Assembly: GCA_012295275.1 (NCBI GenBank) | Contig: CM022674.1 | Location: 11,780,001-11,844,000 of the forward strand | Origin: Chrysomallon squamiferum | Lineage: Eukaryota > Animalia > Mollusca | Length of the DNA stretch: 64,000 bases | Direction of reading: 5' to 3' | In this document: positions 41,208-54,002 of the stretch, one piece after another | Layout of the letters: each line of letters starts with the position of its first letter | Position numbering within the stretch: the stretch's first letter is position 1 | Notes under the pieces: generated by a model | Told to the model about the DNA's origin: nothing | Seen by the model: only the letters and a program-made list of their open reading frames with translations | Database searches by the model: none | Made by a program: the position numbers and the translations under genes

Positions 41208-42451
41208 GATAGTATGTAAGTATCAATGTGTATGCATACAGTTATTACTAGTTTTGCTTTTTGTTTCCATTTATTTTATTTCTTTGTAAATATATTATTA
41301 TTATTTTTATTATTATTACTATTATTACTTTCATTATAATCATCATTATTATTACTGTTATTATAATTATCAGTATTATTACTAGTACTACTACTATTAT
41401 CGTTACATTTCACACACATTATATGTGTAATAATAAACTATTATCTATTGACAGACTCTGCTGTTACTTCACGTACTTGTTGTGTTTCTTTCTGTGTTCA
41501 CTCACCATTGGTATTCGTTTTTCTGGCTGGCAATATTTCTTGCAAAGGCCGCCTGGTTTGCACCATCGTACAGTCGACTGGGAGGGTTTGTCGGCAACTA
41601 CACACACTGGTGAGTTTTCTGTTAGCTTAAATAAATAATAAAACTAACGTAAAGATATTTATTTTTTGATTTAGTCAGAATTCACTCTTTGTTAGTCCCT
41701 GAGCCATATATATATATATATGGACACAGATTAGTGTTGAAATAAAAAATATGTAGAAATATGTGTGTGTGCGTGTGTGTTTGTCATATAAATGACCTAC
41801 ATACACATGCATATTTACTGTTTGTAAATAGTTATAAAATAAAATTAGACAGTAGGAGTATATACAATATAAAAATTTGCAAATATTCATTTTGATATTT
41901 CAACATCTCCAGTTAAGAAAAAGAAATAGTGCCCACAAATATATTTATCATTAAAATCCGTTCACTGTAGAACTGCTCCTTAAGAACCTTGCAACATTTT
42001 TTTCAGTATAATGCATTACAAAATAATCACCTTACAGTTTTTAAAACTCTTGAATAACAAAATATTTTTTGAAATTATTTTTCTAGGAGATTCAACTACT
42101 GCATTGCTGTTATGGTCATCACTTTGGTGTGTATGTCAATCAGTCTGTACTTTGCATCTGTAATCTGGATTCAGATTTTGGTAAAATATTTTATTTTGTG
42201 TATTTACTTGTTTTTAAATATTGTTTTAACTGATATTGTTATCATAATTACAACTGTTAATTTTTGATGTGCCTTGAATTACTTCCTGTGATCCTAGTTA
42301 CAGTAACTGCAGTCAAGCTTACAAAACTGATGTTTAAAGAACCGTCTCAGTGTTATGTCTTTAACACAATATGATTATAACATGTTTTATTATTATTGTT
42401 ATTTTATTATTATTATTATTATTGATATTAACATTAATATTATCATTAGTA

Positions 42452-42511
<60 letters not shown>

Positions 42512-45500
42512 TTGCAGTCTCGTGGATGTAACAACTGGATGTTCATGGATGAGTGCTCACATCAGAATATCTACACAGCTGTCTATTTCAGTTGTCACGC
42601 TCTCCTGCTTCTTATGACAAAAGTGTTCGCCTGGCTTCTCTACTTCAACTTCAAAACTGACGTACGTCTTTTTTACTTTGATTGTAAATGTTTAATAAAA
42701 ACAGTCATTATTAAATACCATAGATTTATAAAACAGTAACAAAATCTCTGAGGTTGCAGGAAAAGAATAATTATAAGAATAAAAAAGATTAACATAATTA
42801 GAAGGATTAAATCACACATTATCTAAATATGAGCCAGGATCTTTAATCTTTTTTTTTTGAAGAGGCTATTTCAGTACTGGAGATAATTTTAGAAGAAATT
42901 TGTTTTTATACCATTTGGAATTGTTAGAGTATATATATATAAGTTTATGTATGACTATATATGTGTGTTTGTGTACTTTTATCATCATCATTATACTGTA
43001 ATATAAACATTTTTGACTAAAACTGTTTTTGTTTCTTTTTTAAAATACTACTTTATTACAATTATACAGTATTTTGAGAAGACTGTATGAAAAACAAGCC
43101 CATTTCCAAAATTTGCTTTTCAAATTCCATTTAAAAAAAACTGTTTTATTACATACCTCTCTTTGTCTGAATCCTGCTGTGTTTGGAAAACTTCAAATTT
43201 TTATAAGAAATATAATTCAGTAAGTATTTTGTGTTCTCATTAGGGTTGTCATTGTGTTTTTACTAGGTTGGAGATCTCATTGAAAAATATTTAGTTCAAG
43301 AAAGAAACATTGAATCAGTGATGCAGGCTGCAACAAACGGGAGGTGAATATAAACATATTTATAGTGTTGTCATGGAAACTGTTTGTCTGTGTAAACTTA
43401 AAGTAAAATCAGTCATTGTTACTTTGCAGTTTAGATGAATGCTTCTTTCTGTGTATCTGGAATGAAATGTTTGAAACTGATAAATAAATTTAAAAAAATT
43501 TCTTCTAATTATTATTTTTTTAACATTTTTTTAAACATTTTTTTGTATCCATCAACAGTTCAAATCAGATTAACATTTATTAACAACCACTGCATAATTA
43601 CTTTGATGATTCTAATAATTTGTATCCATCAAAACAAAATGAATATGTTTGTTTATTTTATTTTTAAAATTTTTGATTTAACAACCACTGCATAATTATG
43701 ATGATTCTAACATTTGTATCCAAATTAGTTTAAAAAACATCAAATAAATAAACTTTTTGCATAATTCTGATGATTCTAACATTTGTATCCATCAAACACA
43801 ACCACTGCATAATTATGATGATTCTAACATTTGTATCCATCAACACAAATCACTTTATTAACAACCACTGCATAATTATGGTGATTCTAACATTTGTATC
43901 CATCTACACAAATCACTTTATTAACAACCACTGCATAATTATGATGATTCTAACATTTGTATCCATCAACACAAATCACTTTATTAACAACCACTGCATA
44001 ATTATGGTGATTCTAACATTTGTATCCATCTACACAAATCACTTTATTAAGTATGGTGGATGTTGATGTTATTTCCACAGACTGAAGGAGAAACGACAAG
44101 CCGCATATGAATTGGCAACAATGGCTGCATCCAGTGAGGACAACAAATTCCGAATTGTTGCAGAAGGAGGGTAAGTCAGTTTGTTTCTTTATATCAAACA
44201 CACGTAACAGTAGCATAAATATTAATTTATATCAAGGACTGAAATAAGTGTTGAACCTGTAAATGAATATTTTTAATGATATTCTAATTTATTTGCAAGG
44301 TCATTACTTATATGGTACGACACTATGAATGCATTTAATTTGTAACTAGGTATAAACCTTTGTTAATAATAAAGTATGACAGACAAATGACTGTTTTGTG
44401 CCGTTTGTTTATCATTATAATTATTTTTAATTGTTTTACATATTTTTTTTATTTTTATCAATTACTGAATTTACATCAGGTTAGTAATTCATACAAGCTT
44501 TCTGTATCTCCTCAGTCTATTAGGAATATTTTACATATCTGTAAATATGAGAAAATACCAGAATAGTGTGTTATTTGTTTGTTTACAGACTTGATGTACT
44601 TATTTCCATGGCTCTGTGTAGAGATGAGACAACACAGGAACATGCAGTAGAAGCTTTGTCAGAACTTCTTACAATACCTTCAGTACAGGTAAACCCGTTT
44701 TCATCACCTGTAATCTGTGTATTTATAACAAATATTACAAGACCACTTATCTACAGACATGTATTTATTTATCATTCAATTATAACATTTTTATTCATTT
44801 TATTTTTTACAAGTTTATTTTTTGTTTAGTGATTATATTTTTTTTTGCTTACTTATTTATTTATAAAAAAAAATTATTTAAAAAAAATTGAATTTATTTA
44901 TTTATTTATTAAAATATTGTTTAACTAATTTATTTATTTATATTTTCTTTTTATTTATTTATTTATTTATTTATTATTTATTTATTTTTTTTTTTTTTTT
45001 TTTTTTTTATTTGTATTTTTATTTATTTATTTATTTATTTGTATTTTTGTTTATTTATTTGTTTGTTTGTTTATTTGTTTATTCAGGATGCATTTGTTGA
45101 CATGGGGGGTGTGAGGACGCTGACTGCTGTGTTGCACTCACAACATCCTCGTGTTATGCAGGAAGCTGCAACTGCGCTGTACACCATCGTCTCCGAATCT
45201 GAGGACAACAAGAGCGCTGTTGTTGCTGATCATGGGTAGATCTATTTTAAACATTTCTATTTATTTATTTATTTATTTTTATGAAAACAAAAATAATAGA
45301 AAAAAAACGCCACATTAATTTTATTAAAATTGTATAATGGACCATGATTAATAGAAATGATAATTAAAGTTTTCAAAAGCTTATTAATATAATTTATTAT
45401 TTATTTATTTGATTTCCAAATCTTCAGAGTCAGAAGAAAAAAAATTATACTTTTTTTCAATCAAACAAAAACAATATGTGTACTTTTTTTTAAACTGATC

Positions 45501-48500
45501 ATTTTTAGTACACTTTTTTATGTAATTCAAGTGAATAGTGAAAGAAATAAACAAAATATTTATAAATATTAAAAAATAATTTTATCATTAATTTTTATAG
45601 TGGATGAAAACAACTAGTGGAAAACTAAATTTTTGTTTTTTTGTTTTGTTTTTTCTAAATGAGTACATACATAACTGCAGGCACTTAAATCACTTTATGC
45701 TCGAGTGATAGTGCAGAACTGAGCTTTTTCCCATTCTAACTAATTTCTTACATATAACAGAGCACAGAAGCAATACTAAATGAATTTTTGACGTGGAAAG
45801 TGTATATTTTAATATACTTTTTACAAATGAAATTAGCTCATGCCAAAAGATTTCTGTCATCAGTATTATACATAAAACAAATAAAGAACACTGTCATATC
45901 ATAACTGTGAAGCTTACTAAATGTTATGAAATTGTTACAGATTGGAAGATTTAGTTCATGCTGCATACCAAGGAACAATTTACTGTCAGAGAATTGTAGC
46001 CAGCATTTTTCTTGAACTTGCATTCAACACAGAAATCAGACTGCAACTAACATCACGAAATATTCCAGGTTTTTATTTCTTTGTTTATTTGTTCCTTTAT
46101 TTCTTTCTTTATTTGTTTATTTGTTTTTCTATTTATTTATTTATTTACTCATTCATTCAGTTGTTTATTTTTAAAATTGTTTTTTTCTTTTTTTCTTTAT
46201 TTATTTGTTTATTTATTCAGTTATTTATTTTATTCATCTTTGAAGTTCAATGGTTTTAAAATCAGTCCTTAAAGATCTGAATTTCAAAATATTATTTTTA
46301 TTTTATTTTTATTAGATGTGGTTTTTGGATGTAAGTTAGTGTTAGCTCAGTGATTCATATCTTGACTCCCGAAAACATTCTCACAGGTTTTTGTATGTAT
46401 TGCACATGGACACACAAACATACATGTACACACATGCATATAGATAGACACACAGACACCGACACACATATGTATATATATTTGTTTTAGCACTTGATTT
46501 AGTACCTTATTCTTAGTGAATATCTAATTGAGTATAATTGTATAAAATAATTCTAGTTTTAGTCCATGGATGTGTACAGTAGCAGAGTCTGTATCTAAGA
46601 CCTAATGATTTTCAAGAATCTGTCAAATCATTCCGAATTAATTAAGATTATTTACTTACAGCTCAAGGGTTGATATACCTGTGTAAAAGTAATGACTCAG
46701 ACACTCAGAGGTTTGCTCTGCAGACTTTGGAACTGATGGCCATTGAGAGTTCAGACATGATCTGTACACAGGTAAATAGTATATATATATACATCATTTA
46801 AATATTTATTTTATAACTATTTGTTTTGATAATATGATATCTATCATATAAAGTGTTATACATAATTTTAATATTTATTTTATATCTATTTGTTTAGATA
46901 ATATAATATATACCATAATGTGTTGTACATAATTTAAATATTATATTTTATAACTGTTTAGATAATGTGGTAAATGCCATGATAATTTAAATATTTATTT
47001 TATATCTAGTGAATTAGATAATATAAGATATAAATACAATATAGTGTTATATACAGTAAGTTAAATTTAGTTCATGACAGTGTTTGGGATACATGCTACA
47101 GAGCTGGCAGTTTGAATATTATGTATGATACTAAGATAAATTATCTAGAAAGTTTACTGTTTATAGAAAAAGTTATCTGCTGATTTAGAAAATTTATTGT
47201 TCTGTTGTTGGTCTTTTTTTCTTGTATTGTACACTGGGGTTGTTTGTTTGAAATTTTTGTCATATTAAGAATAAAATTAAAGTAATTTATATTAATAATA
47301 ATAATCTGAGCAACAATCATCGATGTTCTATGCTGATAAAGTCTTGACTTTGTGTTGTTTAAATGGAAGTTATGTATTAAAATGTCTCTTTGCTAATCAC
47401 AGAGATGTGATTTTAATGTTGTTGTTTTTTGTGACAGGAGGATTTGTTGGAAGTTTTACTTGATCTGCCTTTCAAAACAATGGATGAGAAACTTTATCTC
47501 CTTGCTGGAAAAATTCTCTTGTACTACGCAGAAAACAGGCAGGTGTGTATTTATTGTGTTTGTTTGTGTATTTATTTGTTTATGTGTTTGTTTATCTAGT
47601 TATGTTTGTTTGTTTATTTATTTGTTTGTACATTTGTTTATTTATTTGTTCATTTGTATTTTTATTTGTTTGCTTGCTTATTTTAAAAGCATAGAAGTCC
47701 AATGTTGTATAGTAATCTTTGTTTGTTTTGCATCTTGGCAATAGATAACTAGAAATAACATTGGTAGATGTTCATGATAAACACACACACACAGACACAA
47801 ACATAAACACCCACATGCACACATAAAGATACACAATTGAACACACATTCACAAACATAAACACACAGAAAAAAATATACTTTTATCCTATTAATATATT
47901 TACTTGTCTGTTCTGTAACAGAAGCACACATGCATTTACAATATTAATTAATATATTTACTAGTCTATTTTGTAACAGAAACACAAACAATGTACAATAT
48001 TAATTAATGTATTTACTTGTCTGTTTTGTAACAGAAACACACAATGTACAATATTAATTAATATATAATTTGCAGTAAAACTTGTTTTTATTTACAGACA
48101 TGTGAACAGCTGCTGTCACAAGAAAACATCAAGGAATCGCTGGGTTTGTTTGGACGAAGTGACAACTCTGTGTTACAGAAAGTCGTCACTAAAATCATCT
48201 TCTCCATGTTAGAGACTCGCGCACTCAAGTAAGCAGAAACTCAGACTTTATTTCCATTTTGAAAACTGTCCATGACAATAAGTGTTATATCCAAAATTTA
48301 TTTACATCTTTAAAACAGCTTGTAATATGTGTATGTTAAATTAGAGAAATTTATTTACATCTTTAAAACAGCTTGTAATATGTGTATTTTACTCTATTTT
48401 TTGACATATTATCTGTGATAATAATTTGATAAATTAAATATTTTTGAAAAAAGCTTGTAAAAGAAATGTTCTTTATTATTATTTTATTTAAATTTGGTAA

Positions 48501-49528
48501 TAATATTTATTTTTATTTTTTATTGTTTTATTTTAAAAAATATAATTATTTTATTTTTTATTTAGTTAAATTGTATAATAATAAAACAAAATTTAAATTA
48601 TTTATTAGTTTTGTTTAAATTTTGTAATAATTTGATTTAATTTGATTATTATTATTTTATTCTGCTGTCATTTCATTTTCTTTATTTTTCCTTATTTAAA
48701 AAAAAAAAAAAAAATGTTTTTATTTATTTATTTGTTCGTTTGTTTGTGACAGACAAATGGCTAAAGACAAACAGCTGGACAGAGTGTTGGAACACATTCG
48801 AGATCATGCAGCAAACAGAGATGTGTGGGACATGGCCGACCAAGGTAAAAACATTTTATATCTTACTTTTCTTATTGAGAGAAAGAAAAATAAACAGAGA
48901 GGGAAAATAACAAAAAAACAAACAAATGAAAGATGGCTAAAGAGAAAGAAAAAATAAATGAAACATAGAAAGAAAACAGAAATGAGAATAGGCAAAAATG
49001 AGAAAACGAGAAAGAAAAAAATGAAGGAAAGACAGAATGAATGAGAAAGAAAGAATGAAAAACAAAACACATTATTGTTTTAAACTGTTTATCTTGTATC
49101 TGGTATTAAATTGATTAATAATTTATTATCAGAATGTATTTGACCAAGTATATATTTTATGAAATAATTTGTGACTTGTATTTCAAGATTATATTTGTCC
49201 AAATCAAGTACTTCAGTGTTCTGAGTGAAAACATTTAATGATCAATTAAAGAAATTTAAACATTTTAATTTTGAATTAAGGACTTCAAGTGATGAATTAA
49301 AGACATTTAAATTTAAACATTTTAATTTTGAATTAAGGACTTCAAGTGATGAATTCTGCAGACGAACTCGCTGGACTTCCAACACTTTCCACTCTGGAGA
49401 AACTCAACAAGATGGATGACAAGATAATGTTTGGGTCAAGGACATCATTGAGTTCAGGGGTCGTAGGTCAACATAGTGGCAGCAATACATCAGGATCAGT
49501 TTCCGACTTCAAGAAAGGAATCAACTGA
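39478..49528 (+). CDS. Uncharacterised protein: N-terminal ubiquitin-like domain, ~4 TM helices, C-terminal armadillo repeats (~650 aa)
   Basis: Exons 39478-39510, 39749-39961, 40541-40681, 41455-41609, 42087-42180, 42518-42661, 43267-43343, 44081-44170, 44589-44688, 45087-45235, 45941-46068, 46662-46771, 47438-47542, 48098-48228, 48753-48844 and 49338-49528 are all GT-AG and phase-compatible (1953 nt). UBL: MLIYIENKAFPLKTFVAVVFPNDKIARVRAQL..QFRLRYKGQFLRDAFTLEDYDIGDNAIVKMV. ARM: NKFRIVAEGGLDVLISMA..TQEHAVEALSEL; FVDMGGVRTLTAVL..VMQEAATALYTI. Confidence 0.85.
43575..44050. repeat. 63-bp intronic minisatellite (TTATTAACAACCACTGCATAATTATGATGATTCTAACATTTGTATCCATCAACACAAATCACT)
   Basis: About 4 near-perfect units plus several partial ones. 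Confidence 0.9.
46795..47055. repeat. Degenerate ~65-70-bp AT-rich tandem repeat
   Basis: AATTTAAATATTTATTTTATA(T/A)CTA..TTTAGATAAT recurs about 4 times. Confidence 0.6.
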
Positions 49529-51740
49529 ACACTTTTTAAAAACAAATTATTTAACCTTTTCAGGACAATTGTAGCATTTTATTTAATAGTTATACTGTAG
49601 CTATTTGACACAGAACTGTGATATTTACATTTATTTTTGTTTTTTAAGTTTTATTTTACTAAATCATTCTTGTATTAATTATTACAGACATTGTGAAAAC
49701 AGCAATTTCATTTAAATTTGTACATAAAAATGTATACTTAATCTAATAGATTACTAATTCTCCATTCAACACTATTTATTTTCTATCAGATATTTTATAA
49801 TTAATTATTTCTTTTATTTAATATTATATATGTGCCTTTTCTTTACCAGTTTAGATTGTTTTTAATTTTTTAATTAATATATCTTTACCTGTTACTTTGA
49901 AATTTACAAATTTTGAATTAAAATTAAAAGAAACGTTAGACAATTTTATTTTTACATAGTTTCTAACAGTTATAGAAATTACAATGGGTTGAATTTGTTT
50001 TGGTTTGACATTTTTTAAATTTGACAAAAATATTTTGACATTAAATTACTAAGTTTTGTAATATTTATTTTTTACATAGTTTTAATATTATAGAAAAAAG
50101 TTACACCCAGGTTGAAATGTTTTAGTTTGACATCAAATGTGACAAAAAAATTTTTATAAAAACCTAATTTGTTATTTTCATAATTTATATTTGCAAACTA
50201 ATAATGGCCATTTTGTAAAATAATGATCGCCAAAATGCTAGATAATGGTGGCCAATGTGCAGACAAAAAGTGGCAAGTATACAAATAATAAGCTGGCAAT
50301 ATACAAACTAATAACAGTGGTTTGCAAAGTAATGAAGACAAATTCACAGATTAAAAATGGCCAGTCAACAACAAAATTCTAATGATACTCTAAAACTCTT
50401 CAACCTGCTTTGATTCACAAATACTGGTGATGGGTTTGTTTGAATAATTTACACTTTTTTATGTAGTGATTTTGATTTTACCATTGATATTCCAGCATAA
50501 CAAAAAATCTAAAATAAAATATAATATTTACCTAATCATACTCACAAATACAACAATTAATTTGATGAGAAAGAAACAAAAAAAAAAGCATCTGGGATTG
50601 TGTAAACAATGATTTGAAAATAAACTGAATAACACATGACAAAACTGGTTTTGTACAAAATGTGTCCCCATGTTGAACAAATTAATTTTAGTCAACAAAT
50701 TTTTTTGCTTCATTATAATGACATTAATCATTTCTGGATTGTACCAATTTAAAAATCAAATTTCACATTAAAAAACCCCAAATTAAATGAATGTGGAGTT
50801 GAATAATATAATATTTTTCTGTTTCAAGCTTTTTGTCATTTGTCTTACTGAAGTTTGTTCAGTATATTCCATATCACAAATGTTGGCCTTTTACAATAGG
50901 CAGATTTATAGCTTTTTTTTTTTTTCATATTCTCAGACTACAGAATTTTTTTTATTTTTTTATTATTTTTATTTTTTTGTTTGTTGTAATATTTATCAGC
51001 TGAGCAAATTGTGATTTTTTTGTGATATTTGGTGATATGAATGTTATAAAATTATTATTTACAATTCATCAGTGATATCCGATTTTTATTTATAACTTTT
51101 ATTACAAAATAAAGTTTATTTGTAAACATTTGTTGTTATTTATTTGTTCAAATAAAATATATATCTGTTTGTTATCTTTAAAATTAATTTTTCATTATCA
51201 GCCTATAAATCTGAATAATTTTTGTAATACAATTTGATATTTTCATTCATACTTGTGGGAATTTTTTTTTTTTTTTTTTTAATCATAAAATTATAAAAAC
51301 AATCCCAGGTTGAATGCATCACCACCATTTTGTTTTCTTTACTGTTTTTACACAACAAACAGTACAGATGCATGTTCTGAATTTATAAAAGTCCTGAGCA
51401 TTTAAATCACATTAATGCTAAACTAACAAAAGGTTGGTGTGTCTGCAACAACTGGAATATAATAAAGGTTATTAAATGATTTATATTTTAACATACAATA
51501 AAGAAATGTAAAAGAATAAAATCATTCACTCCATGGACTAGGCTGAAACTTAGAAAATATTACATGTGATCCTACTGAGTTTTTTGGAGCCATGGTTGGA
51601 ATGCAAAATAGACAAATGACTGCTTCAGTGCCTGTTAAGACTCAGTTTAGTGTATTTTCATCTTCTGCAACCTTAGTTGCTGGATTGGAGCTGATGTTGA
51701 TACAGCTTTTTAAAGTGAAATTCAAAGACAGTATTTAGAT

Positions 51741-52003
51741 CAGGGGTCTCAAACTCGAGGAAAGAAAAGAGCCATTATGTACTCAAGAACAGGTGCAGCA
51801 GGAATAACGGTGTGGAATAAGGGTGTGGAATAGGGAGGTGTGGGTGTTACAGACGCTACACAACAAAGCTGATAAGTAAATAAATGTAATACATCAAGTG
51901 AATATTAAATCTTAGATTCTGGAATATGGCAATGACAGAATGATTCCACATGAAAACAACAAGACACATACAATTAGTCATTGGGCTGCATCCTTCAGCC
52001 CTG
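51741..52003. mobile_element. hAT (Charlie-like) MITE
   Basis: Starts CAGGGGTCTCAAACT and ends CAGCCCTG. Flanked by an exact 8-bp TSD ATTTAGAT (51733-51740 and 52004-52011) resembling the nTCTAGAn Charlie target preference. Confidence 0.8.
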
Positions 52004-54002
52004 ATTTAGATATTTGTAGACTACACAGATTTATTCAAACATATGTGCTGTTTTGTCCTAACCTTTGTCATATAGTTTATTTATTTGTGAAATGAAATCA
52101 CATACTCAAACATCAGCTACAAACTGACGAGGACCACAAACTTTTGTTTAAACCAGTAGACAAGAATACTAATTTTTATTCAACATCACTGATGTGGTTA
52201 TCATCGTCAGATGTTTAATGTTTTTGACCTGTGTTAGAAAGAGAGCATACCCAGATATCATACTGAAGATTTTTTTACTTACAATGATCACTATAATACT
52301 GTGGCCAGTAATGTTCAAACATTTATGAAACTTTCTTCACCATTTTTTTAATTCTTACTATTATTTATTTATTTATTACTGAGAAGCAATTAGATGCTTT
52401 TTGTCTTTTCTTTAGTTTTAATACATGTGTTAGCTTTCAGTTTCATATTTTCTTGTTAAGATGACAAAAAAGCAAAACAACACCCACACATTTCATAAAT
52501 TTAAATTTTTATAAAGGCAAACCAGTATTTCTTAAGACAAGCATGTTTCAGTGTTATTCTCTAACAAACACACAAATATCTGAGATTTCGACAACCCATA
52601 CCAACAAAGACATTTGGCAAATCCTTAAACACAAACTGACAAAAAAAAAAAAAAAAAAAGAAAAAAACACAAACAAAAACAGCCAACACTAATATCATGG
52701 TACTTCTACAAAATCCAAATAAAATCAAAATTCTAATTGGTCTACTAAACAACTTAAATTTCTTTTTCTCTCAAACTGCTGAAAAACAAAAAAGGCCTCA
52801 ATTTAACAAAATCAAATTATATTAATTTCAAAATATGGTGCTCAAAATATCAGGGAATGTACAGACTACACTATAAAGTTAATTTTACATTTCTGTTTTT
52901 CCTGCGACTTTCAGAAACTATTTAGTTACTCTTATCATCTTGCTTATCTTATTTAATTTCTTCATTCATAACCTAGATGTCTAGATCATGTCAAGTAGGT
53001 ATTACATGTATTTCTTTATGAAATATGGTCTTATGTAACATAATACAGTAATATTTATTTAATATCATATACAAATAAATAAATAAAATATGTTAACTTA
53101 TGACAGTGGTGTCTGTGTTTATGAAAAATACTGATAAAATTAAAATATTTAACAATGACTTTAATAACTTCCATGGAATACTAGCATTTATTAATGTTCA
53201 AATATAATTTTCATACAATAAACCAATTACAGAATGTTTAAGACATTGTGAAGTTGATAAACATGAAAGAGAAACCAAACTTACAAGCAAACACTAAACA
53301 ACAAACATATTAATGAATGAAAAAATGAGATACGGACAATATTGTTTAATTAATACAAACTCATACATGAACTCTAAATAATCTAATTAACTTTTGATTT
53401 GAGCAGATTGGAAGAAATCCAAAGTGAGATTTTACAGATGGATAAAATGAGGCAAGTTTTACATTACCATTTCATTCATCCAAATATGTAAACATAACAT
53501 ATTTAGTAATATTCAAAAACATGTACACCTTAATGAGATAAGCTCATCTTATTACCTGTATCATCCAACTGAAGAATAATCAGAGATGAATTTTTTTTAA
53601 AATAATTAATATAACTGTTCAGAATTTATATGATTAACATAGTTCAGAACAGTGAAAGGGTTAAAAAGCTAATCAAGAGCTATGTATTTGAAACTAGCCA
53701 TTACTGGCACATATACTAAAAATTACTCTAACTGTACTGAATATTAGTTTAATGTAATTTTTATTATCCAGACAAAATTTTAGAACTGGTATTTTTTGCC
53801 CTCAAAAGTGACTGAATAAGTCATCTTGTTACCAGCGTAAATATATTACAAATTAAGGTGTTAAGTTCTAAATATTAATTTCTCTCGTTTCAGCCTCCCC
53901 CACCCATTTCACACAAACACAGCTCCAAGCGTAATTTTCCTGCAATTCCTTTGATGCAACCAGACTGTATTTAATGATTTACACCCTGTGTGGATTAAAA
54001 GA

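Noticed and set aside
43770-44066. 98-aa repetitive ORF
   Set aside because: A 63-bp intronic minisatellite with no compatible splice sites.
49530-54000. Hidden gene between the ARM gene and SRPRB
   Set aside because: Only convergent 3' UTR-like AT-rich sequence and one MITE; no chain of compatible exons was found.
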